NCBI GenBank assembly: GCA_965219445.1
Contig: CBDCNQ010000005.1
Location: forward strand, 672,001-736,000
Source of the DNA: Longimicrobiales bacterium
Lineage (GTDB): Bacteria > Gemmatimonadota > Gemmatimonadetes > Longimicrobiales > Gaopeijiaceae
Direction: 5' to 3'
Length of the DNA: 64,000 nucleotides
The notes beneath the pieces were generated by a model. That model had not been told where the DNA came from and did not search any database. It was given only the letters and a program-made list of their open reading frames with translations. Made by a program: the position numbers and the translations under genes. Below are positions 20,835 through 31,939 of the stretch, piece after piece. The first letter of the stretch is position 1. The number at the start of each line of letters is the position of its first letter.

Positions 20835-20866
20835 CGATATGAGACTCGCAGCAGGATAGCAAGATC

Positions 20867-22426
20867 ATGGCCAAAATCACCATTTTCGATACGACACTGA
20901 GGGATGGCGAACAGTCGCCCGGAGCCACGATGTCCACGCCCGAAAAGCTCAGGATGGCGACCCAGCTCGACGAGCTCGGCGTGGATGTCATCGAAGCGGG
21001 ATTTCCCGTGGCCTCCGACGACGACTTCGAGGGCGTACGCGCCATCGTCAAAGAGATCCGGCGCCCGGTGATCGCAGCTCTTGCCCGCGCGCACCCCTTG
21101 GACGTCGATCGTGCCGGGGCCGCCGTTGCGGGGGCGGACAAGCCCAGAATCCACGTCTTTCTGGCCACGTCGGACATCCACCTGAAACACAAGCTGGAGA
21201 TCGGGCGTGAGGAGTGCCTGGAGCGGGTGGTCGAGGGCGTCGAGCGTGCCAAGAAGATGGTGGACGACGTGGAATTCAGCGCCGAGGACGCCACCCGTAC
21301 CGACGTGACCTTCCTCTGCCAGGTAGTTCAGGCAGCGGTCGAAGCCGGTGCCACGACGATCAACATCCCCGACACAGTCGGATATACGCTGCCCAGTGAA
21401 TATCGGTCCTTGATCGAGACCCTGTTCCGAGACGCGAAGGGTCTGGAGAATACGATCGTCAGCGTGCATTGCCACGACGATCTCGGCCTCGCCGTGGCCA
21501 ATTCGCTGGCTGCCTTGGACGCGGGCGTTCGCCAAGTCGAATGCACCATCAACGGGATTGGCGAGAGAGCCGGTAATGCCTCCCTCGAGGAAATCGTCAT
21601 GGCGCTCCGGGTCCGGAAGGATCTGACAGAGCACCACACGGACATCGACACGACGGTTCTCTACAAGGCCAGCCAGCTGCTGTCCCACATCACGGGCATC
21701 CACCCACAGCCCAACAAGGCGATCGTGGGTCGCAACGCGTTTTCCCATGAAGCGGGCATCCATCAGCACGGCATGCTGAAGGAGCGCATGACGTACGAGA
21801 TCATGACTCCGGAAATGGTCGGTGCTCCCGGAACACGATTGGTCCTGGGAAAACACTCCGGGCGGCACGGTCTCCGCAACCGATACGAGGAGCTCGGCTA
21901 CGACCTGGAGGATGACGAGCTCGATCGAGCCTACAAGCTGTTCACTCTCGTTGCGGACCAGAAGAAGTCGATTCTCGACGAGGACCTCCTGGTCATCCTG
22001 CACCACGGGGCCATGAAGGACACGCCAGAGTCGTTCCGTCTCCAAGAGCTGGACGTGAACTGCGGGGGCAAGTGGTCCACCGCACGCGTCAGGGTGTCGC
22101 ACCGGGACGGACCGCCGAGGGAGGCGTCCGGCAAGGGCGACGGACCCATCGCCGCTGCCTTCTCCGCCATCGACGAATTGATCGACGCAACGGTGGAGAT
22201 CATAGACTTCGAGATCGTGGCCGCCACGCCGGGCCGGGATGCGATCGGAGAGGTCAACCTTCATGCTCGTATCGGCGGGCGGACGTTCGCCGGCCGGGGC
22301 GCCTCGACCGACGTCGTGGACGCCGCCGCCCGGGCGTACATCAACGTGCTCAACAAGGCTGAACAGGCCAAGGCTCTCGAAGGGATGGACGTGGAGACGG
22401 AAAGCTCGCTGGGAGGTCTGGCGTGA
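20867..22426 (+). CDS. leuA: 2-isopropylmalate synthase
   Basis: DTTLRDGEQSPG, HCHDDLG, NGIGERAGN and HEAGIHQHG motifs plus a C-terminal regulatory domain. Confidence 0.97.
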   Translation: MAKITIFDTTLRDGEQSPGATMSTPEKLRMATQLDELGVDVIEAGFPVASDDDFEGVRAIVKEIRRPVIAALARAHPLDVDRAGAAVAGADKPRIHVFLATSDIHLKHKLEIGREECLERVVEGVERAKKMVDDVEFSAEDATRTDVTFLCQVVQAAVEAGATTINIPDTVGYTLPSEYRSLIETLFRDAKGLENTIVSVHCHDDLGLAVANSLAALDAGVRQVECTINGIGERAGNASLEEIVMALRVRKDLTEHHTDIDTTVLYKASQLLSHITGIHPQPNKAIVGRNAFSHEAGIHQHGMLKERMTYEIMTPEMVGAPGTRLVLGKHSGRHGLRNRYEELGYDLEDDELDRAYKLFTLVADQKKSILDEDLLVILHHGAMKDTPESFRLQELDVNCGGKWSTARVRVSHRDGPPREASGKGDGPIAAAFSAIDELIDATVEIIDFEIVAATPGRDAIGEVNLHARIGGRTFAGRGASTDVVDAAARAYINVLNKAEQAKALEGMDVETESSLGGLA

Positions 22427-23511
22427 GGTGGCGGATCGCCGTCCTGGGTGGAGACGGGATCGGTCCCGAGGTCATCGAGGCATCTCTCCCGGTCCTGCGA
22501 GCGACGGCAAAGCGCTTCGGCCATGAGTTCATCGCCGACGTCCGGGACGTGGGGTTCGCCGCATACGAGCGGAGTGGGCATCCCCTCCCGGACCAGACAT
22601 TGGAGGCCTGCCGCAGCGCCGACGCCGTACTGCTCGGGGCGGTCGGGGATCCGCGCTCCGAGGGCGTACCCGTGGAGTTGCGTCCGGAGGCCGCGCTCCT
22701 GGCCCTTCGTAAGGAGATGGGGTGCTACGCCAATCTCCGTCCGGTTCGGCTCTTGCCCGCCCTGACTTCGGCCTCTCCGCTGCGCCCGGAGACCGTGGCC
22801 GGTACCGACCTGGTCATCGTCCGCGAATTGGCCGGCGGGCTCTACTACGGCGAGCCGCGTGGCCCCCTCGAGGAGGGACGGGCCGCCGTGGACACCATGA
22901 AGTACCATCAGGACGAAGTGGCCCGCATCGCGCGGGTGGCCTTCGAAACGGCGCGGGGACGTAAGAAGAGCGTGCTCTCCGTCGATAAGGCCAACGTGCT
23001 GCACAGCTCCCGACTCTGGCGCCGGGTGGTCGACGAGATCGCCGAGGAATATCCGGACGTCGAGTGTGGCCACATGCTGGTGGATCGCGCGGCGATGGAG
23101 CTCGTGCTGAACCCGTCGAGCTTCGATGTCGTGCTGACGCCCAACCTCTTCGGGGACGTGCTCAGCGATGAGGCCGCCGCGGTCGTCGGATCCATCGGCC
23201 TGCTGGCCTCTGCGAGCACCGGCAGCGGTGGCGGCATCTTCGAGCCGATACACGGGTCCGCTCCCGACATTGTGGGGACGGGGACCGCCAACCCGCTCGC
23301 GATGATTCTCTCGGCCGCGCTCCTGCTCCGCCACGTCTACTCGCTCGATGCGGAGTCCGCGGCCATTGAGGGTGCCGTGGCACAGGTGCTCGAAGACGGG
23401 CTACGTACGAGGGACCTGGTTCAAGACGGCGAGACCGCCGTTGGGACGGAAGAGATGGGGAGGGCCGTCACGGCGGTGATCTCGAACGCCGAGGTGAGCG
23501 TCGATGCCTAG
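22423..23511 (+). CDS. leuB: 3-isopropylmalate dehydrogenase
   Basis: [34 protein letters not shown] and [10 protein letters not shown] motifs. Confidence 0.97.
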   Translation: MRWRIAVLGGDGIGPEVIEASLPVLRATAKRFGHEFIADVRDVGFAAYERSGHPLPDQTLEACRSADAVLLGAVGDPRSEGVPVELRPEAALLALRKEMGCYANLRPVRLLPALTSASPLRPETVAGTDLVIVRELAGGLYYGEPRGPLEEGRAAVDTMKYHQDEVARIARVAFETARGRKKSVLSVDKANVLHSSRLWRRVVDEIAEEYPDVECGHMLVDRAAMELVLNPSSFDVVLTPNLFGDVLSDEAAAVVGSIGLLASASTGSGGGIFEPIHGSAPDIVGTGTANPLAMILSAALLLRHVYSLDAESAAIEGAVAQVLEDGLRTRDLVQDGETAVGTEEMGRAVTAVISNAEVSVDA

Positions 23512-24904
23512 AACCATGCTCGACAAGATCTGGGATGCGCACCTCGTCCACAGCCAGGCCGACCGGCCGGACCTGCTGTACGTCGACCTGCACCTCATCC
23601 ACGAAGTCACCTCACCCCAGGCGTTCGAGGGGCTTCGGCTCGCGGGACGCCGAGTGCGCCGGCCTGAACTTTGCGTGGCGACCGTGGACCACAATGTGCC
23701 GACCACCGACCGGTCCCTTCCGATCGTGGACGACCTGGCCCGGACCCAGATCGAGGTCTTGCGTAAGAACACCGACGAGTTTGGCATCACGCTCCACGAC
23801 ATCGACAGCCCACATCAGGGCATCGTGCACGTGATGGGACCCGAGATGGGGTTCACGCAACCCGGCCAGACCATCGTCTGCGGGGACAGCCATACATCCA
23901 CCCACGGTGCCTTCGGAGCGCTGGCCTTCGGGATCGGCACGTCCCAGGTGGAACATGTGTTGGCGACACAGTGCCTGCTGATGTCCCGTCCGAAATCGAT
24001 GGAGATCCGAGTGAACGGCGATCTTCCTCACGGTGTCACGGCCAAGGATCTGATTCTGGCGATCATCCACCAGATCGGGGTGGGTGGGGGCACTGGGCAC
24101 GTAATCGAGTACACGGGGGAAGCCCTGCGCGCCCTTTCGATGGAAGCCCGCATGACCGTGTGCAACATGTCGATCGAGGCCGGCGCACAGGCCGGGATGA
24201 TCGCACCCGACGAGAAGACCGTGCGTTATCTTCGGGGCCGGCCGAGGGCTCCCCAGGGGAAGGCATTCGACGAGGCGGCTACTCAATGGGCCGCGTTCCG
24301 AACCGACGCGGGAGCTGTTTTTGACGAAACGGTGGAGATCGACGCCACGTCATTGGAGCCCTTCGTGACGTGGGGCACCAATCCGGGCATGTCGGTGGGG
24401 GTCACCGGTGCGGTGCCGGATCGGGCACCAGAAGTGTCCCCGGATGACCGTGAGGCGATGGAGCGGGCGCTCGAGTACATGGCTCTCGAGCCGGGGACAC
24501 CGATCCAGGAGATCGAAATCGACCGCGTCTTCGTGGGGTCCTGCACGAATTCACGAATCGAGGACCTCCGGACCGCGGCGGGCATCGTGGACGGCAAACG
24601 GGTGCACGAAAGGGTCAAGGCAATGGTCGTTCCGGGCTCGGCTGCCGTTAAGCGAATGGCCGAAGAGGAGGGTTTGGACCAGGTCTTCCGAGACGCGGGA
24701 TTCGATTGGCGTGAAGCGGGATGCTCGATGTGTCTTGGAATGAACCCCGACATCCTGGCCCCCGGCGAGCGATGCGCCTCCACCTCGAACCGTAACTTCG
24801 AAGGACGGCAGGGTCGCGGAGGGCGGACACACCTCGTGAGCCCCGCGATGGCTGCCGCGGCGGCCGTGGCGGGACATTTCGTAGACATACGGGAGTGGGT
24901 GTAG
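23504..24904 (+). CDS. leuC: 3-isopropylmalate dehydratase large subunit
   Basis: [36 protein letters not shown] and [12 protein letters not shown] motifs. Confidence 0.98.
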   Translation: MPRTMLDKIWDAHLVHSQADRPDLLYVDLHLIHEVTSPQAFEGLRLAGRRVRRPELCVATVDHNVPTTDRSLPIVDDLARTQIEVLRKNTDEFGITLHDIDSPHQGIVHVMGPEMGFTQPGQTIVCGDSHTSTHGAFGALAFGIGTSQVEHVLATQCLLMSRPKSMEIRVNGDLPHGVTAKDLILAIIHQIGVGGGTGHVIEYTGEALRALSMEARMTVCNMSIEAGAQAGMIAPDEKTVRYLRGRPRAPQGKAFDEAATQWAAFRTDAGAVFDETVEIDATSLEPFVTWGTNPGMSVGVTGAVPDRAPEVSPDDREAMERALEYMALEPGTPIQEIEIDRVFVGSCTNSRIEDLRTAAGIVDGKRVHERVKAMVVPGSAAVKRMAEEEGLDQVFRDAGFDWREAGCSMCLGMNPDILAPGERCASTSNRNFEGRQGRGGRTHLVSPAMAAAAAVAGHFVDIREWV

Positions 24905-24906
24905 CG

Positions 24907-25497
24907 ATGGATCCGTTCACATCGCATACGGGCAAGGTCACGCCGTTGGATCGCCTGGACGTCGATACCGACCAGATCATCCCCAAGCAGTTTCTGAAGC
25001 GGATCGAGCGGACTGGATATGGACAGTTCCTCTTCTACGACTGGCGGAGGCTGGAAGACGGCTCCCCGAACCCGGAGTTCACTCTCAACCGGCCAGAATA
25101 CGAGGGAGGCACAGTTCTGGTCGCGGGGCGGAACTTCGGTTGCGGGTCCTCTCGGGAGCACGCCCCGTGGGCCCTGTTGGACTATGGATTTCGGGCAGTC
25201 ATCTCAACTGGTTTCGCCGACATCTTCAAGAACAACTGCTACCAGAACGGTCTCCTGCCCATCGAACTCGACGATGCCGACGTGGCCCACATCATGACGG
25301 CGGCACTGGCCGGGGACGGCTACGAAGTCGCCGTAGACCTGGAAACCCAAGAGGTCCGGGACAGAAGCGGCTGGACCGCCGGCTTTTCCATCGACCCCTT
25401 TCGGCGTCACTGCCTCATGAGCGGCCTGGACGACATCGGGCTTACGCTCACGCTCGAGAGTGAGATTCGGGCGTTCGAGGATGGGAGGGGCAGTTAG
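24907..25497 (+). CDS. leuD: 3-isopropylmalate dehydratase small subunit
   Basis: VDTDQIIPKQFLK, NFGCGSSREHAPWAL and GLDDIGLTL motifs. Confidence 0.98.
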   Translation: MDPFTSHTGKVTPLDRLDVDTDQIIPKQFLKRIERTGYGQFLFYDWRRLEDGSPNPEFTLNRPEYEGGTVLVAGRNFGCGSSREHAPWALLDYGFRAVISTGFADIFKNNCYQNGLLPIELDDADVAHIMTAALAGDGYEVAVDLETQEVRDRSGWTAGFSIDPFRRHCLMSGLDDIGLTLTLESEIRAFEDGRGS

Positions 25498-25519
25498 GTG
25501 GCTCGTCGCACCATGTGAC

Positions 25520-26164
25520 ATGGAGGCGGGTGTGCGCCGGAATGGTCTGAAAGTTACGACTCTACTAGTCGCGTACGTCGCGTGGGTCGTGCTGCTGCGT
25601 GTCGATTTCGGTGGGGATCTCGCCGACACAGTGGTCACCATCTTCGGACCAATTCCCCTGGCGATTGCCGTGCTTGCCCTAGAGAACCGGCGCGGCCGTT
25701 TGATCGACTGGCTCCAGGGAGTTATGCCGGGGCTGGTCCCCGGCTTGGTCGCTGGATTAATGCTGGGATTGGCACTGCGCGTGGCGATGCGGTTAGTGGC
25801 GTTAGCAGTAGGCACAACAACCAGCTTCACAGTGCCGGGCACTCTCATAGTGCTGTTGATCTTTATGCTGTTGGGAGGGGCCTACGGGACGCTGCTCACC
25901 GCCGTTTGGCGATCCATACCCGGTTTTCAGTCAGCTCCCGGTCTGAATGGTGGGACCGCCTTAGCATTGTGGTTTTGGTACCCGTTCTTCCTAGCTGCGG
26001 CGGACGATTTGCGTGGCCTGGTCTCGGCGCCCCTAGTCGTACTCTTTACGACCTTGTTGGCAGGAACGTGGATTGGGTACGGAATATTACTCGCAGCCTT
26101 GATGCGGCGCGCCGGTTCGCTCCCCGAGTCTGTCTTAGATGACGCATCCTCTCGCGCCACCTAG
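25520..26164 (+). CDS. Integral membrane protein of unknown function
   Basis: About 6 hydrophobic segments; more A/T-ending codons than the neighbouring genes. Confidence 0.6.
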   Translation: MEAGVRRNGLKVTTLLVAYVAWVVLLRVDFGGDLADTVVTIFGPIPLAIAVLALENRRGRLIDWLQGVMPGLVPGLVAGLMLGLALRVAMRLVALAVGTTTSFTVPGTLIVLLIFMLLGGAYGTLLTAVWRSIPGFQSAPGLNGGTALALWFWYPFFLAAADDLRGLVSAPLVVLFTTLLAGTWIGYGILLAALMRRAGSLPESVLDDASSRAT

Positions 26165-26201
26165 CAGACGATTGCTGTTGACCCGGTAACCTGCAAATCC
26201 G

Positions 26202-27884
26202 CTAGCTCGTCGTCGCCCCCGTCGCCGCGGACGACACCAGCTTCGTGTACTTGGCCATCACACCCGGCTCGATCCTCCGATCGATGGGCGTCCACTCTGC
26301 CGCCCGCCGGCTCAGCTCCCCATCATCGACATCCACCGTAATCGCACGGTTTTCGATATCGAGGGTGATCTCGTCTCCATCCCGCACCCCCGCGATGGGC
26401 CCACCCGCAACCGCCTCGGGCGCGACGTGCCCGGCCATCAAGCCGTGCGTCGCCCCGGAAAAGCGCCCGTCCGTCAGCAAGCCGACGGACTCGCCGAGGC
26501 CCGCGCCGGCGAGGGCGGCCGTGACCGCCAGCATTTCCCTCATCCCGGGGCCACCGCGCGGCCCCTCACAACGGATCACCACGACGTCGCCCTCACGGAT
26601 CTCGCCGTTCTGTACCGCCTCGAATGCGGGCTCCTCACCCTCGAACACACGGGCGGGACCCTTGTGAGAAGTCCGAGCGGTCCCGGCGATCTTCAGCACG
26701 CATCCATCCGGCGCGAGGTTGCCGTGGAGCACGACCAGGCCACCCTGCGGCTTCAGCGGATCGTCGAGGGACCGGACGACCTCCTGGCCGGGCGCCTCGG
26801 TGCAATCCTCCACTTCCTCCTCCAATGTGCGTCCGGTCACGGTCATGGCATCGCCGTGAAGAAGCCCAGCCTCGAGAAGGCGCCGCAGTACCAACGCCAC
26901 GCCCCCGGCCTGATGGAGATCGGTGGCGACGAATCGCCCACCGGGCTTCAGGTCGGCGATGAGCGGCGTCCGAGCGCTGATCTCGTCGAAGTCACGAATC
27001 CCCAGTTCCACGCCGGCCTCGTGCGCCAGCGCGAGGAGGTGTAGAACGGAGTTGGTCGATCCACCGGTCGCCACCGCAGCCGCAATCCCGTTCTCCAGAC
27101 TCTTCCTCGTGATGAGGTCGCCCACCTTCAGCCCGGACTCGACCAGCTCCACGGCCCGCCGGCCACACGCCCGCGCGACATCCTCCTTGGCGGGGTCGAT
27201 GGCTGGAACGGAGCCACTCCCCATCGGCGACACACCCATGGCCTCGAACACGGTGGCCATGGTGTTGGCCGTGAACTGGCCTCCACACGCACCCGGGCCC
27301 GGGCACGCGTCCCGCTCCAACGAACTCAACTCCTCCTCCGTGATCCGGCCGGCCGCACAGGCACCGATACCCTCGAAGACGTCCTGAATCGTGACGTCGT
27401 GGCCGTCGTGTTGCCCCGGTTGGATCGAACCCCCATAAAGCATGAGAGACGGCCGATTCAGGCGCGCCATCGCCATCACCGTTCCCGGGATCGTCTTATC
27501 ACAGCCCGAGAGCGTCACCAAACCGTCGAAGAAGTACGCCCGGCCCACCAACTCGATCGAGTCCGCCACGACTTCCCGGCTCACCAGGGAGGCCGTCATC
27601 CCCGAAGTACCCATCGTAATTCCGTCGGACACGGCGATGGTGTTGAACTCGAGCGCAACGCCACCGGCCTCGCGAACGCCCTCTTTGACCCACTCGCCCA
27701 GATCTCGAAGATGGGCATTACAGGGCGTCGTGTCGGTCCACGTGTTGGCGATCCCGATCAGTGGGCGGCCGAAATCATCGTCACGGAGTCCCACGGCGCG
27801 GAGCATGGCACGGGCCGCCGCACGGTCGCGCCCCAGAACGAGCTGATGGCTGATGAGCGGCAGTTTCAGCGGACCATCGCTCAC
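26202..27884 (-). CDS. ilvD: Dihydroxy-acid dehydratase
   Basis: TPCNAHL, VSDGITMG, GCDKTIPG, GACGGQFTANTM, GGPGMREML and TDGRFSG motifs. Confidence 0.97.
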   Translation of the reverse strand: MSDGPLKLPLISHQLVLGRDRAAARAMLRAVGLRDDDFGRPLIGIANTWTDTTPCNAHLRDLGEWVKEGVREAGGVALEFNTIAVSDGITMGTSGMTASLVSREVVADSIELVGRAYFFDGLVTLSGCDKTIPGTVMAMARLNRPSLMLYGGSIQPGQHDGHDVTIQDVFEGIGACAAGRITEEELSSLERDACPGPGACGGQFTANTMATVFEAMGVSPMGSGSVPAIDPAKEDVARACGRRAVELVESGLKVGDLITRKSLENGIAAAVATGGSTNSVLHLLALAHEAGVELGIRDFDEISARTPLIADLKPGGRFVATDLHQAGGVALVLRRLLEAGLLHGDAMTVTGRTLEEEVEDCTEAPGQEVVRSLDDPLKPQGGLVVLHGNLAPDGCVLKIAGTARTSHKGPARVFEGEEPAFEAVQNGEIREGDVVVIRCEGPRGGPGMREMLAVTAALAGAGLGESVGLLTDGRFSGATHGLMAGHVAPEAVAGGPIAGVRDGDEITLDIENRAITVDVDDGELSRRAAEWTPIDRRIEPGVMAKYTKLVSSAATGATTS

Positions 27885-28852
27885 AGAACGACCTCGCCGG
27901 CGGGTTGCTTGATCGGCTCGAGCCAGCCGTAGCGATCGGGGCGTTCACCGGTGGCGATCCCGAGGTATTCCTTCTGGAGCGTCTGTGTCACCGGGCCCAC
28001 TCCGCCGTTGCCGATCTCGATTCGATCGACGCTGCGCACCGGGGTGATCTCCGACGCGGTCCCTGTGAAGAACAGCTCGTCGGAGGTGTACAGCATCTCC
28101 CTGGGGATGGATTGCTCGCGCGACTGGATACCGAGGTTCGCCGCCAACTTCAGGACCGAGTCCCGCGTGATGCCATTCAAGAGCGTGCCGTCGACCGGTG
28201 GCGTGTAGAGAACGCCGGCGTCCACCAGGAAGAGGTTCTGGCCGCTCCCCTCGCTCACGAGTCCGTCGGGGCCGAGGCCGATCGCCTCGGCGTACCCGTT
28301 TTCCTCCGCCTCCAATCGCATGAGTTGGCTTATCACGTAGTTTCCACCGGCCTTGGCGAGCGTCGGTAGTGTGTTGGGTGCCGGTCGGCTCCAACTCGAG
28401 ACGCAGACGTCCACGCCCTGTTGGAGAGCCTCCGTCCCGAGGTATTGGCCCCAGGGCCACGTAACGATGTACGTCTCGACTGGGCTCTTTCCGGGATGAA
28501 GTCCCAACGCTCCCAGGCCCCGGACCGCCACCGGGCGAAGGTACCCCGCTTCCAAGCCGTTTCGACTCACGACCTCGCGGCATGCGTTGGCGAGCTGATC
28601 TATGCTCAGGCCGAGATCCATCCGGTAGATGCGCGCCGAATTCACGAAGCGCCGCATGTGGTCGGAGAGCCGAAACGCGGCCGGTCCCGCCGGCGTGCTG
28701 TAGAACCGGATCCCCTCGAAGACGGACGAACCGTAGTGTACCACGTGGCTCATCACGTGGAGTTGCGCATCGTCCCACGGGATGATCTCCCCGTCGCGCC
28801 AAATCCACTCCGTGCGTTCCGGAAGTGGGCTGGCCTGCCCCCGCTTGCTCAT
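27881..28852 (-). CDS. ilvE: Branched-chain amino acid aminotransferase
   Basis: [34 protein letters not shown] and [11 protein letters not shown] motifs. Confidence 0.96.
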   Translation of the reverse strand: MSKRGQASPLPERTEWIWRDGEIIPWDDAQLHVMSHVVHYGSSVFEGIRFYSTPAGPAAFRLSDHMRRFVNSARIYRMDLGLSIDQLANACREVVSRNGLEAGYLRPVAVRGLGALGLHPGKSPVETYIVTWPWGQYLGTEALQQGVDVCVSSWSRPAPNTLPTLAKAGGNYVISQLMRLEAEENGYAEAIGLGPDGLVSEGSGQNLFLVDAGVLYTPPVDGTLLNGITRDSVLKLAANLGIQSREQSIPREMLYTSDELFFTGTASEITPVRSVDRIEIGNGGVGPVTQTLQKEYLGIATGERPDRYGWLEPIKQPAGEVVL

Positions 28853-29853
28853 AGCCAGGACATGCGCGCGCGAAGCGCGTCTCCCGTGGTTTCGAGAATG
28901 TGTTGACGCTCCTCACGCCGGCGGCGTTCAAAATGCGGCGCGCCGCAACGCGCTTCCTCGATCCACTTCTTGGCGAACGCGCCGGATTGGATTTCGTCGA
29001 GAACCTCGCGCATGGCGGTCCGGCTGGGCTCCCCGATCACCCGGCCACCGCTCTCGTAATCCCCCCACTCCGCCGTGTCGCTGATCTCGGCCCGCATTCC
29101 CGAAAGTCCCTTCGCGTACGCGAGATCAATGATCAGCTTCATCTCGTGCAGGCACTCGAAGTATGCGAGACGCGGATCGTACCCCGCGTCGACCAGCGTC
29201 TCGAATCCGGCTTTGACGAGTTCGCTGAGGCCACCACACAACACCGCCTGCTCGCCGAAGAGATCCGTCTCGGTTTCGGCACCGAATGTGGTCTGGAGAA
29301 CACCGGTGCGAGTCGAACCGAGACCGGCCGCATAGGCTAGTGCGAAATCGAGAGCCTTCCCGCTCGCGTCCTGATGCACCGCCACGAGCGCAGGTACCCC
29401 CTGACCGGCCACGTACTCCCTCCTCACCATCGCGCCGGGCGACTTGGGCGCGATCAGAATCGTGTCGACGCCCTCGGGTGGGGTGATCTCACCGTAATGG
29501 ATGTTGAATCCATGCGCGAACACGAGGATGTCCCCCTCAGACAGGTTGGGCTCGATGTCGGTGTGATAGACCGCCGCCTGCTTCGTATCCGGAATCAGGA
29601 TCGCTATGATGTCGGCCCACTTCGCGGCCTCGGCCACCGTCTTGACTTCAAAGCCCTGCTCGCGAGCCGCATCCGCGGACGGGCTTCCCTCGTAGAGTCC
29701 TACGACCACCGACACCCCACCGTCACGCAGGTTCAACGCGTGGGCGTGCCCCTGACTTCCAAATCCGATGATCGCCACCCGTCGGTCACTGAGAAGGGAG
29801 GGGTCCGCGTCAGACGCCTCGAAAAATCGGGCTTGCTCCGCCTGTTCACTCAT
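28849..29853 (-). CDS. ilvC: Ketol-acid reductoisomerase
   Basis: [51 protein letters not shown] and ISDTAEWG motifs. Confidence 0.98.
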   Translation of the reverse strand: MSEQAEQARFFEASDADPSLLSDRRVAIIGFGSQGHAHALNLRDGGVSVVVGLYEGSPSADAAREQGFEVKTVAEAAKWADIIAILIPDTKQAAVYHTDIEPNLSEGDILVFAHGFNIHYGEITPPEGVDTILIAPKSPGAMVRREYVAGQGVPALVAVHQDASGKALDFALAYAAGLGSTRTGVLQTTFGAETETDLFGEQAVLCGGLSELVKAGFETLVDAGYDPRLAYFECLHEMKLIIDLAYAKGLSGMRAEISDTAEWGDYESGGRVIGEPSRTAMREVLDEIQSGAFAKKWIEEARCGAPHFERRRREERQHILETTGDALRARMSWL

Positions 29854-29880
29854 GTCGCCATCCTTATTCCCACTTGGGGG

Positions 29881-29965
29881 TCAAAGTCAGTAACACCGTA
29901 AATGCCTGCTCGGGTAGTCAGCAATTTCTGTGATACCCATAGGGGTTTCAAAGTCAGTAATTCTG
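29881..29965. promoter_or_regulatory. Three direct repeats upstream of ilvC (candidate regulator binding sites)
   Basis: TCAAAGTCAGTAA at 29881-29893 and 29948-29960, and AGTCAGCAA at 29916-29924, in an AT-richer intergenic region. Confidence 0.55.
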
Positions 29966-30019
29966 CAAGGCCGCGCAAACTCGGCACAAGAAAGAAACGG
30001 ACGCTAGTCGAAATCTCGA

Positions 30020-31600
30020 TCAAGGGACCCGAACGCGACTCTGTTCCCGCATGAACTGTTGGAGATAATGCGGTCCACCCGCCCCTGCCCCGGTGGAAGC
30101 GCTCCCCTTCCACCCGCCGAACGGGTTGACTCCCGGCCACGCACCCGCCGTCGCCCCCGCCCGACGGTTCGCGTAGATGGTTCCCGCCTCGATTCCGTCA
30201 AAAAACCCTTGGATTTCCGACTCGTCCTCGGAGAAGATACCGGCCGTCAGTCCATACTCTGTCCCGTTCGCGAGGTCCAGAGCCTGCTCGAGGCCATCGA
30301 CCTCGCCAATCACCGTGATCGGCAGGAAGAGTTCGGTATGGAACAACTCGTGATCGAACGGAAGGCCGTCGATCAGGGTCGGCTCCACATAGAACCCGTG
30401 GTCGAAGAGGCCTCCGGACAGACGCTCGCCTCCGGTCAGGACACGTCCACCGTCCTCCACGGCCTGAGCCACAGCCGCACGATAGCGCTCATAGGCGGCT
30501 TCGCTGATCACCGGTCCGAGCCACACATCCTTCTCCAACGGATTGCCGATGTGGACGTTCAGCGTCTTCTCGACGAGCGCCTCCGTGAACGCCTTGCGGA
30601 CGGGACCCTCAACATACACGCGCGAGCACGCGGAGCACTTCTGTCCTTGCAGACCAAAAGCGGACGCTTTGACACCATCCGTAGCCTTATCGAGATCGGC
30701 CGACCGCATGACGAGCGCCGGGTTCTTTCCACCCATCTCCGCCATGAAGGGCCGGGGCAGAGCGCGTTTCGCGTCCTCGCCCATGAGTTGCATCCCGACC
30801 TGGTAGGAACCCGTGAACACCACCCCGTCTATTCCGGGGCCCAACACCAGCTCGCGGGATACGGTTTCGTTCCCACCCGTCACAAAATTGAACGCCCCCG
30901 GAGGTAGATCGCACCCCAGGATGATTTCGGCAAAGCGCGCCACAGCGAGTGGGGTGATGGGCGACGGCTTGGCTACGACCGTGTTGCCAGTGATCAGCGC
31001 GGCAGCCACGGGGCCGGCGGTCAACGCCATGGGAAAGTTGAACGGGGAAAGCACCGCCCAAACACCGTAGGGGCGGAGCACACTGACATTCATCTGACCG
31101 GCGCTCGACCCTTCCATGGGAGTGATGAAACCGTCATGCTCCTCCATGCGGTCACAGTAGTAGTCGACGAAGTCCGAACACTCCTCGACCTCTCCCACGC
31201 ACTCCAGCCGATTCTTCCCGACCTCGTATCCCAGAATGGCGGATAGCTCCCAACGGTGCTCCCGGATGGCCTCGGCGACACCGCGCATGCGAGCCACACG
31301 TTCCTCCCAGGGAAGGAGACTCCAGTCGAGAAGCGCCCCTCGTGCCGCGGCGACGGCGTCTTGCACATTCTTTTCCGTACCGCTCTGGAAGCGGCCCAGG
31401 ATGATCCGATCGTCTATCGGACTCAGGTCTTCGAACTGTTCATCGGCCGCCACGCGATCTCCGCCAATGATCATGGGATGTTCCGCTCCGAAGGACTCGG
31501 GGGAGCGTTCGATCGCTGCGTCGAGCGCCGCGTGGACTTCGTCGAGCCCCTCTCCGCTCAGAGTCGCATACGTAATTTTCGTAGCGGTCGTCTGGCCCAT
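30020..31600 (-). CDS. Aldehyde dehydrogenase, P5C-dehydrogenase (RocA/PruA)-like
   Basis: SPFNFP, FTGS, AEMGGKN, catalytic QGQKCSACSR, YGLTAG and PFGGWKGS…GGPHYLQQF. Confidence 0.88.
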   Translation of the reverse strand: MGQTTATKITYATLSGEGLDEVHAALDAAIERSPESFGAEHPMIIGGDRVAADEQFEDLSPIDDRIILGRFQSGTEKNVQDAVAAARGALLDWSLLPWEERVARMRGVAEAIREHRWELSAILGYEVGKNRLECVGEVEECSDFVDYYCDRMEEHDGFITPMEGSSAGQMNVSVLRPYGVWAVLSPFNFPMALTAGPVAAALITGNTVVAKPSPITPLAVARFAEIILGCDLPPGAFNFVTGGNETVSRELVLGPGIDGVVFTGSYQVGMQLMGEDAKRALPRPFMAEMGGKNPALVMRSADLDKATDGVKASAFGLQGQKCSACSRVYVEGPVRKAFTEALVEKTLNVHIGNPLEKDVWLGPVISEAAYERYRAAVAQAVEDGGRVLTGGERLSGGLFDHGFYVEPTLIDGLPFDHELFHTELFLPITVIGEVDGLEQALDLANGTEYGLTAGIFSEDESEIQGFFDGIEAGTIYANRRAGATAGAWPGVNPFGGWKGSASTGAGAGGPHYLQQFMREQSRVRVP

Positions 31601-31939
31601 GATCGTTCTCTCCACCACAAGTCGCGTCCGAATATCATTGAATTTCGAAGATCCGGACTCCGAAGGGAACTGAGGGGTGATCGCGAGTGTGTACTCGACT
31701 CCGAGGCAAGCCCCCGAGAGCCCTCGATCGGGGCTATATTCCTCGTGCCTGAACACGACTGGCGTTTCCGGAATCTGGGGCCGCGGCATCCGCAACGCGG
31801 CCCACTGAGCTTCTTCAACAGCCTTCTAAAGGAGATTTACATGGCGTCAGGTACCACCTCCCTACCCGTCCGCGTCTCTTTCGGGCAAACCGCGTGAAGA
31901 AGCTCGTGGAGCTCGTTCCCGGGCGAGGGAAGGAATGAG

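Noticed and set aside
20654..22264. Long antisense ORFs (e.g. 536 aa opposite leuA; others opposite leuB, thrA, menB and DUF4139)
   Set aside because: Shadow ORFs typical of high-GC genes, with no recognisable motifs.
29881..29965. Mini-CRISPR interpretation of the spaced repeats
   Set aside because: Repeats are only 9-13 nt, there are three copies, and no cas genes are present.
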